DNA from: an uncultured Gemmatimonadota bacterium
GTDB taxonomy: Bacteria > GCA-2686955
Assembly (NCBI GenBank): GCA_964490075.1
Contig: CAZBBK010000028.1
Span: 46,594-66,593 of the forward strand
Direction: 5' to 3'
Length of the DNA stretch: 20,000 nt
The translations under genes were made by a program, and so were the position numbers. The notes beneath the pieces are model-generated. The model did not search any database. It worked only from the letters and a program-made list of their open reading frames with translations, and had not been told where the DNA came from. This document shows, piece after piece, positions 7,826 to 14,086 of this stretch. Numbering within the stretch: the stretch's first letter is position 1; every line of letters starts with the position of its first letter.

Positions 7826-10254
7826 CCAGGGCAAGGCCGCGGACCTCGCCGCGCTCGCAGCGCACCCGCGCCGAGCACTCGCTCTTCGGCAGCGTGCGCC
7901 GCATCCACCTGGTGGGGATCGGCGGCACCGGCATGTGCGGCATCGCCGAAGTGTTGCTGAACCTCGGCTTCACCGTGACCGGCACCGACCTCGGCTCCAC
8001 CGAGGTGACGAATCGTCTCGAGGCGCTGGGTGCTCGCATCGCCCACGACCACCACAGTCCCCTGGTGCTCGACGCCGACGTTGTGGTGGTCTCGACGGCG
8101 ATTGGGCCGGACAACCCGGAGCTGCGGGCCGCGCGCGAGCGCGCGCTGCCGGTGATTCGCCGTGCCGAGATGCTGGCGGAGCTGATGCGTATGAAGCGCG
8201 GCATCGCCGTCGGTGGTTCGCACGGCAAGACCACCGTCAGCTCCATGGCCGGCGGGGTGCTGATCGAAGGTGGGCTCGATCCGACCGTGGTGGTGGGGGG
8301 GCGGGTCAAGCGCCTGGGGTCGAACGCGCGGGTCGGCGCCGGCGACACCATGGTGGTGGAGGCCGACGAGTCGGACGGTACTTTTCTGCACCTACAGCCG
8401 ACGATCGCGATCGTCACCAACATCGACTGGGAGCACGTCGACTACTACGCCGACCTCGACCAGACCCTGGACGCCTTCGTCCACTTCGCCAACGGTGTTC
8501 CCTTCTACGGCGCCGTGGTCCTTTGCCTGGACGATCCCAACGCGCGGCTGGCGATTCCACGCATCACGCGCCGCATCCTGACCTACGGGCTGGAGCCGGG
8601 CGCCGACCTGGTGGCGACCAAGGTGCGCGCCATCGAGGGCGGCTCGCGTTTCGAGCTGGTGTGGCAGGGCGACACCCTGGGAAGCTGCGATCTGGCGGTT
8701 CCCGGAAGACACAATATCGCCAACGCGCTGGCCGCCGCCACCGTGGGGCTCGAGCTGGGCCTCGACGCCGCCGACATCTTTCGCGGGCTGGAGAGCTTCT
8801 CCGGAGTGGCGCGCCGCCTGGAGCGTCGCGGAGAGAGCCGAGGGGTGGTGGTCTACGACGACTATGCGCACCACCCGCGCGAAATCGAAGCGACGCTGCG
8901 GGCCCTTCGCGAGCAGTGGCCCGGACGCGTGGTGGCGGTGTTTCAGCCGCACCGTTACAGCCGGGCGGAAGCCCTGGCGGACGACTTCGGTCGCTCCTTC
9001 TACGGCGCCGACAGCCTGATCGTGGTGCCGATCTACCCCGCCGGCGAAGAGCCGCGAGAGGGGATCGACGCCTCGATGTTGGCCGGCAAGTGTCGCGCTT
9101 ATGGCCACAAAGACGTGCACCTGGCCGACGATCTCGAGGCCGCCGCGGCGACCTTGGCGGCCAGCGCTGCGGCCGGCGACCTGGTGATCACCTTGGGGGC
9201 CGGATCGGTGTGGCGGGTCGGGTCGACGCTCCTGGAGCTGCTCGCGCGCCAGCCGGCGGCGAGCGTCGCTTCCGGCGGCGAGGGAAGCGCCGCGGCACCC
9301 GCGGTGCATGCCCCTTCGGCCGACGCACGCGCCCTGGTGGCCGATCTCGAGGGAGAGGCGCTGCCAGAGCATTCTCTGGAACGGTGCACCTCGCTGCGCC
9401 TCGGGGGACCCGCCGAAGTGCTCTTCGTGCCGGCATCCGCCGCTGCCGCCGCCGAGGCGATCAGCCGCGCACTGGCCGCCGAGCTGCCGGTGACGACGAT
9501 CGGAGGCGGCACCAATCTGCTGATCGCCGAGCGCGGCGTGCGCGGCCTGGTTCTGTCGCTGGGTGGGGCATTCCGCGGCATCTCGATCGAAAGCGAGGCC
9601 CGGGTGCTATGTGGCGCCGCGGCGCCGCTGGCGAAGGTCATGCGCGACACTCTGCGCGCCGGACTGGTGGGCATGGAGCCACTGGCCGGAGTACCCGGTT
9701 CGCTGGGAGGGGCGCTGGTCATGAACGCCGGAACGCGCGACGGAGAGATCGGCGATCTGGTGGTGGCGGTGCGCGGTGTCGATGCCGCCGGTCGCCTGGT
9801 CGAGGTGGCCGGAAATGATCTCGCCTTCGGCTATCGTCGCTCCGCCGTGGCCGAGCTCGGTCTCACCCTGCTCGAAGTGGAGCTGGCACTGGAGGAGGGA
9901 GATTCGGCGGCGGCACTGGAGCGAGCCCGCGAGCTGCGCGATTATCGCAACGCCACCCAGCCGCACAAAGTGCGCTCCGCCGGCTCGGTGTTCAAGAATC
10001 CGCCCGGCGACGCCGCCGGCAGGTTGATCGATTCCTGTGGACTCAAGAGCTCGACCCTCGGCGGGGCGCGGGTATCGCCGGTCCATGCCAACTTCCTGGT
10101 GGCCGAGACGGGCTGCTCCTCGCGACACATGGCGCGCCTGATCGAACGCTGCCGGCGCGCGGTCTGGAAGCAGCACGGCATCGCCTTGGAGCTGGAGATC
10201 CGACCCCTGGGCTTCGCCGCCGGCGAGCTGCCCCCGACCTGGAGCGGGCGATGA
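7822..10254 (+). CDS. murC-murB: Fused UDP-N-acetylmuramate:L-alanine ligase (MurC) / UDP-N-acetylenolpyruvoylglucosamine reductase (MurB), 810 aa
   Basis: ATG at 7822 (ATGA overlap, SD GGAGGAG). MurC motifs GIGGTGM, GSHGKTT, EADESDGTF, TNIDWEH, DDYAHHP, FQPHRYSR, LGAG. An Ala/Gly/Pro/Ser linker at ~9250-9330 has no stop. MurB motifs follow: GGPA, GGGTNLL, GVPGSLGGALVMNAG, FGYR, QP...SAGSVFKNP, HANF, LELE. Confidence 0.93.
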   Translation: MTRARPRTSPRSQRTRAEHSLFGSVRRIHLVGIGGTGMCGIAEVLLNLGFTVTGTDLGSTEVTNRLEALGARIAHDHHSPLVLDADVVVVSTAIGPDNPELRAARERALPVIRRAEMLAELMRMKRGIAVGGSHGKTTVSSMAGGVLIEGGLDPTVVVGGRVKRLGSNARVGAGDTMVVEADESDGTFLHLQPTIAIVTNIDWEHVDYYADLDQTLDAFVHFANGVPFYGAVVLCLDDPNARLAIPRITRRILTYGLEPGADLVATKVRAIEGGSRFELVWQGDTLGSCDLAVPGRHNIANALAAATVGLELGLDAADIFRGLESFSGVARRLERRGESRGVVVYDDYAHHPREIEATLRALREQWPGRVVAVFQPHRYSRAEALADDFGRSFYGADSLIVVPIYPAGEEPREGIDASMLAGKCRAYGHKDVHLADDLEAAAATLAASAAAGDLVITLGAGSVWRVGSTLLELLARQPAASVASGGEGSAAAPAVHAPSADARALVADLEGEALPEHSLERCTSLRLGGPAEVLFVPASAAAAAEAISRALAAELPVTTIGGGTNLLIAERGVRGLVLSLGGAFRGISIESEARVLCGAAAPLAKVMRDTLRAGLVGMEPLAGVPGSLGGALVMNAGTRDGEIGDLVVAVRGVDAAGRLVEVAGNDLAFGYRRSAVAELGLTLLEVELALEEGDSAAALERARELRDYRNATQPHKVRSAGSVFKNPPGDAAGRLIDSCGLKSSTLGGARVSPVHANFLVAETGCSSRHMARLIERCRRAVWKQHGIALELEIRPLGFAAGELPPTWSGR

Positions 10255-11162
10255 GACGCGTCAAGAAAGCGCGGCGAACCATGCAGATGCAAACGATGGC
10301 GCGGCCGCGGCGCCCCGCGCGGCGCCGGATCTCTGCGCCGGCGAATCCCCTGCGGCGCCTCGCGCGACTCCCCGCGCGCCTGCCCCCAGCGCTGCGCAGG
10401 GCGGCGGCGGCGGCGTGCGCGCTCGTGCTGCTGGCGGCTGCTCTGGGAGCCGCGGCCGATGCCGCCTCCGAGCCTCTGCGGGCGGAGCTGCACGACGCAG
10501 CCTGGCTGAGGGTGCGCGGAATCGCGGTGCGCGGAACCTGCACTCTGAACCCGGAGCAAGTGCGGGCCGCCCTGCCCGGCGTGACCGGCACCCATATCTT
10601 CGTCGCCAACTGCGACAGTCTCGCGGAGCGGGTGGAAGGAATCGAGCGCGTGCTCAGTGCACGCGTGACTCGCAATCTGCTGCTTCGTAGAATCGATGTT
10701 TGCGTCGAGGAACGGACCGCGGTAGCATTGGCGCTCGATGCCGCGGGACGCCCGCAGGAAATCGACGCCACCGGAGTTTTTTTGCCGATCGATCCCGACC
10801 GAGTAGAACGAGATCTGGTGTTCCTCGTCGGCACCGCGGAAGGTGGTGTCGCCGGAATCGAGGCCGGTTTGGCGGTGATCCAGGCGCTGCGCGTGCGGGG
10901 ACTCGAAGTGTTGCTGAGTGAGCTCGACGTCTCCGATCCGGCCTTCCCGGTCGGTGTCGAAGTCGCGACCGGTACCCGGGTCGAGTTTTCCGATCGCTAC
11001 CCCGCCGCGCGCCAGGCCGAGCACCTGGCGGTGGTGCTGCAGACGATCGGAGAGAAGAACCTGATCCCCGAGCGAATCGATTTGCGTTTCCCGGGTCTGG
11101 TCGAGGTCATCCCGAAGAATCAGGCGGACGGGCCCCCGCCCGCGCGCCAGGAGAGGGGGTGA
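10251..11162 (+). CDS. ftsQ: Cell division protein FtsQ/DivIB
   Basis: Basic cytoplasmic N-terminus, one hydrophobic helix (AACALVLLAAALGA), a POTRA-like segment (LRVRGIAVRG...EQV), VEER and C-terminal IDLRF. Located before ftsA. The start could be a later ATG. Confidence 0.85.
   Translation: MRRVKKARRTMQMQTMARPRRPARRRISAPANPLRRLARLPARLPPALRRAAAAACALVLLAAALGAAADAASEPLRAELHDAAWLRVRGIAVRGTCTLNPEQVRAALPGVTGTHIFVANCDSLAERVEGIERVLSARVTRNLLLRRIDVCVEERTAVALALDAAGRPQEIDATGVFLPIDPDRVERDLVFLVGTAEGGVAGIEAGLAVIQALRVRGLEVLLSELDVSDPAFPVGVEVATGTRVEFSDRYPAARQAEHLAVVLQTIGEKNLIPERIDLRFPGLVEVIPKNQADGPPPARQERG
10665..10693 (+). promoter_or_regulatory. Candidate internal sigma70-type promoter within ftsQ (for ftsA-ftsZ)
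   Basis: GTGACT (10665-10670), 17-nt spacer, TAGAAT (10688-10693): 4/6 and 5/6 matches to TTGACA/TATAAT. Built from codons unusual for this GC-rich DNA (CTT CGT AGA). Confidence 0.45.
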
Positions 11163-12451
11163 AGATCGTGCCCCGAACAGAGAACGTCATCGTTGGCCTG
11201 GACATCGGAACGACCAAGATCTGTGCTTTGATCGGTGAGCTGATGGCCGATGGCCAGGTCAAGATCATCGGTGTCGGACGATCACCGTCCAAGGGCCTGA
11301 AACAGGGCGTGGTGGTGAATTTCGAGCACACCGTGGCGTCGATCCGCGCGGCGGTCGAGGAGGCGGAGGTAAAGGCCGATATGCGCGTCGACCGGCTCTT
11401 CGCGGGAATCGCCGGCGACCATATTCGCAGCTCAAACTCCCGGGGCGTGATCGCGGTGTCGAACGAAGACAACGAGATCTTGCGCCCCGATGTCGATCGC
11501 GTGGTCGCGGCAGCGCGTCAGATCGGTCTGCCGAGAGAGCAGCAGATCATCCATGCGATCCCCCAGGAGTTCATCATCGACGATCAGAGCGGGATTCGCG
11601 AGCCGGTGGGCCTCTCCGGAGTGCGCCTGGAAGCGATCGTGCACATCGTCACCGGTTCCGTCACATCGGTCGCCAACATCGTGAAATGTGTGCGCCGCGC
11701 CGGCTATGAAGTGGCCGACCTGGTGCTGGAGCCGATCGCTTCGTCCTACTCGGTGCTGGCGCCCGACGAGCAGGAGCTGGGAGTGATCCTGCTCGACATC
11801 GGCGGAGGAACCACCGATTTTTCGCTCTTCTACCAGGGCGCGGTGCGCCACTCCGGCGTGGTTGCCGTGGGCGGCGACTACGTCACCCGCGACCTGGCCT
11901 ACGGCCTGCGCACCTCGCACGCCAATGCCGAGGCGCTGAAACGCAAGGTCGGCTCCTGCCTGGTCGACGCGATCGATCCGGAGGAGACCGTACTGGTACC
12001 CAAGCTCGGCGTCGGCGGTGGCGAGCAGCTGCGCAACGGTACTTCCGAGCGCGCGGTGGGGCTCGAACGGATGATCCGCCAGCAGCTCCTGGTGGAGATC
12101 ATCACACCGCGCATGGACGAGATCTTGACGATGGTGCGCCGCGAGCTGCTGCGCTCGGAGCACTTCGAGCTGGCGGCCGGCGGCATGGTTCTCACCGGCG
12201 GCGCATCGCAGCTGCACGGCACGCCGGAGCTGGCCGAGCAGATCTTCGGGGTCCCGGTGCGGCGCGGAGTGCCGCGCGGCGTGATCGGATTGACCGACGG
12301 CTTGCTCGATCCGGCCAACGCCACCGGCATCGGGCTCCTGCAATACGGCGTGAGGCACCGCGATCACCACTTGGCCGCCGCAGACGATGACGACGGACTT
12401 CTCAAGGCGCTCTTCCACTGGACGAAGCGCGTCGTGGAGAATTGGTTTTGA
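11159..12451 (+). CDS. ftsA: Cell division protein FtsA
   Basis: GTG start overlapping the ftsQ stop. Motifs GLDIGTTKI, GLKQGVVVN, EPVGLSG, DIGGGTTD, VLTGG. C-terminal amphipathic helix LLKALFHWTKRVVENWF. Confidence 0.97.
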   Translation: MKIVPRTENVIVGLDIGTTKICALIGELMADGQVKIIGVGRSPSKGLKQGVVVNFEHTVASIRAAVEEAEVKADMRVDRLFAGIAGDHIRSSNSRGVIAVSNEDNEILRPDVDRVVAAARQIGLPREQQIIHAIPQEFIIDDQSGIREPVGLSGVRLEAIVHIVTGSVTSVANIVKCVRRAGYEVADLVLEPIASSYSVLAPDEQELGVILLDIGGGTTDFSLFYQGAVRHSGVVAVGGDYVTRDLAYGLRTSHANAEALKRKVGSCLVDAIDPEETVLVPKLGVGGGEQLRNGTSERAVGLERMIRQQLLVEIITPRMDEILTMVRRELLRSEHFELAAGGMVLTGGASQLHGTPELAEQIFGVPVRRGVPRGVIGLTDGLLDPANATGIGLLQYGVRHRDHHLAAADDDDGLLKALFHWTKRVVENWF

Positions 12452-12454
12452 ACC

Positions 12455-12499
12455 CATGCATCCCCGCACCGGGAGCAGGCGCTTCGGGGCGGATGCATG
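12455..12499 (+). other. Intergenic stem-loop between ftsA and ftsZ (no U-tract)
   Basis: CATGCATCC (12455-12463) is the exact reverse complement of GGATGCATG (12491-12499). Inner imperfect stem CCGGGAGC/GCTTCGG with an AGGC loop. Confidence 0.65.
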
Positions 12500-12517
12500 C
12501 CATGCGAGGAAAGCACC

Positions 12518-13834
12518 ATGTTTGAGGCAGCGCAGGAACAGATGCTGTTCCACTTCGAGGACGAAGACAAGCCCTTGGGAGCCGTCATCAAGGTCGTCGG
12601 AGTCGGCGGAGCGGGATGCAACGCCGTCGACCGGATGATCGAGGACGGACTCTCGGGAGTGGAGTTCATCGCTGTGAACACCGATGCTCAGGCCCTGATA
12701 AACTCGCGGGCCGACAACCGGATTCAGATCGGCGTCGATCTGACCCGGGGCCTGGGCGCGGGCGGCAATCCCAATCGAGGGTTGCTCTCCGCGGAAGAGA
12801 ATGAGGAGTCGTTGCGGACCGCGATGGACGGTGCCGACATGGTGTTCGTGACCTGCGGCGAAGGTGGCGGCACCGGAACCGGCGCGGCGCCGGTGGTGGC
12901 CAAGATCTCGCGCGAGCTCGGTGCCCTGACCGTCGGCGTGGTGACCACACCTTTCCGGATGGAAGGTGGGCGACGCGGCGCTCAGGCGGCCAAGGGCATC
13001 GCCTATCTGCGACAGCACGTAGACACCCTGATCGTGATTCCCAACGAGCGGCTGCTGGCGCTGGTCCCGGAGGATGTGACATTCCTCCAGGCCCTCAAGA
13101 TGGCCGACTCGGTCCTGCACCAGGCGACCAAAGGGATCGCCGACCTGATCACCATCCACGGCGTGATCAACGTCGACTTCGCCGACGTGCGCTCGGTGAT
13201 GCACGAGCGCGGCGATGCGCTGATGGGCACCGGGGCGCAGTCGGGCGAAAACCGGGCCCGGCGTGCGGCGGAAGAGGCGATCTCCAGCCCGCTCCTGGAG
13301 GATGTATCGATCACCGGGGCGCGCGGCGTGCTGGTCAACGTGACCGGATCGGAGACCATGACCCTGGCCGAGACCGCCGAGGCGCTGCGCGTGGTGCACG
13401 ACGCCGCGGGCGACGATGCCAACATCATTCTCGGCGCCGTGGTGCAGCCGACCATGGAAGATGCGATCCGAGTGACGGTGATCGCCACCGGGTTCAACGA
13501 CAGCGCCGACGTCGGCCGCGACGAGGAGCAGGACCTGATCGCCGAGCGGCTGGCGGCGGCCTCGATTCCCGTTCCGCAGGTCTGCGAGATACCGACCTAC
13601 ACGGCGCCGCGGCCGGCGGCGTGCGCCGTGAACGGTGCATCGCGCGAGCCGCGCTCCCACGACCTGGCGATCGTGCCCGGAGCCGCGGCGGCAGAGACCC
13701 GACAATCCGAATCGGTAGACACTCCGGCTTTCATTCGTGCCGGCGCGGCCGCCCCCGGCCGCGGGCTGGCTCGCAAAGACGCTTCCTCCGACGACCTCGA
13801 GGTTCCCACCTTCATCCGCCGCCAAATGGACTGA
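12518..13834 (+). CDS. ftsZ: Cell division protein FtsZ
   Basis: ATG at 12518 with SD GAGGA at 12506-12510. Motifs VVGVGGAG, NTDAQAL, GLGAG, tubulin signature GGGTGTG, T7 loop INVDFADV, VTVIATG. C-terminal peptide DLEVPTFIRRQMD. Confidence 0.98.
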   Translation: MFEAAQEQMLFHFEDEDKPLGAVIKVVGVGGAGCNAVDRMIEDGLSGVEFIAVNTDAQALINSRADNRIQIGVDLTRGLGAGGNPNRGLLSAEENEESLRTAMDGADMVFVTCGEGGGTGTGAAPVVAKISRELGALTVGVVTTPFRMEGGRRGAQAAKGIAYLRQHVDTLIVIPNERLLALVPEDVTFLQALKMADSVLHQATKGIADLITIHGVINVDFADVRSVMHERGDALMGTGAQSGENRARRAAEEAISSPLLEDVSITGARGVLVNVTGSETMTLAETAEALRVVHDAAGDDANIILGAVVQPTMEDAIRVTVIATGFNDSADVGRDEEQDLIAERLAAASIPVPQVCEIPTYTAPRPAACAVNGASREPRSHDLAIVPGAAAAETRQSESVDTPAFIRAGAAAPGRGLARKDASSDDLEVPTFIRRQMD

Positions 13835-13852
13835 TTCTGCATACTGGGGCCG

Positions 13853-14086
13853 ATGCCCGGAACGCGGACCAGCCGACCCCGACGCCTGCTCTTCGCTCTG
13901 CTCGCGATGCTCTCGAGCCTCGCGGCACTCGAAGGCGGGGCGCGGCTGGTCGCGCGGCGGATCCCCATCGCCGGTCTCGACGCCGATCCCTTCTTCGGCT
14001 TCTTCGGCTTCCAGACCTTCTTCGAGGCGCTGCCCTCCGCCGCTGACAGCCTGCGCACTCGCCCGGCCATGTCGACGATTCGATGA
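13853..14086 (+). CDS. 77-aa membrane-anchor ORF; probably the frameshift-separated N-terminus of the downstream SGNH protein
   Basis: Basic N-terminus, hydrophobic helix (LLFALLAMLSSLAALEGGARL) and DPFFGF, resembling the anchor segment that typically precedes RIxCLGxS in membrane-tethered SGNH proteins. Its stop overlaps the next ATG. Confidence 0.65.
   Translation: MPGTRTSRPRRLLFALLAMLSSLAALEGGARLVARRIPIAGLDADPFFGFFGFQTFFEALPSAADSLRTRPAMSTIR

Noticed and set aside
10777-10783. T7 homopolymer in ftsQ (also a G7 run near 8295-8301 in murC) as phase-variation tracts
   Set aside because: Short, in-frame and inside essential genes. Explained by V-F-L and V-G-G codons.
12455-12499. Hairpin as an intrinsic terminator
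   Set aside because: No U-tract on either side, and it sits mid-operon before an essential gene.
12497-12517. Upstream ftsZ start at 12497
   Set aside because: It lies within the hairpin arm and has no SD. ATG 12518 has GAGGA at suitable spacing (ATG 12542 is a possible alternative).
13991-14011. Tandem repeat TTCTTCGGC x2 + TTC
   Set aside because: Only two in-frame copies encoding FFGFFGF. It lies upstream of the frameshift window and cannot explain it.
14047-14086. Programmed -1 ribosomal frameshift
   Set aside because: No X XXY YYZ slippery heptamer or homopolymer run in the overlap window.
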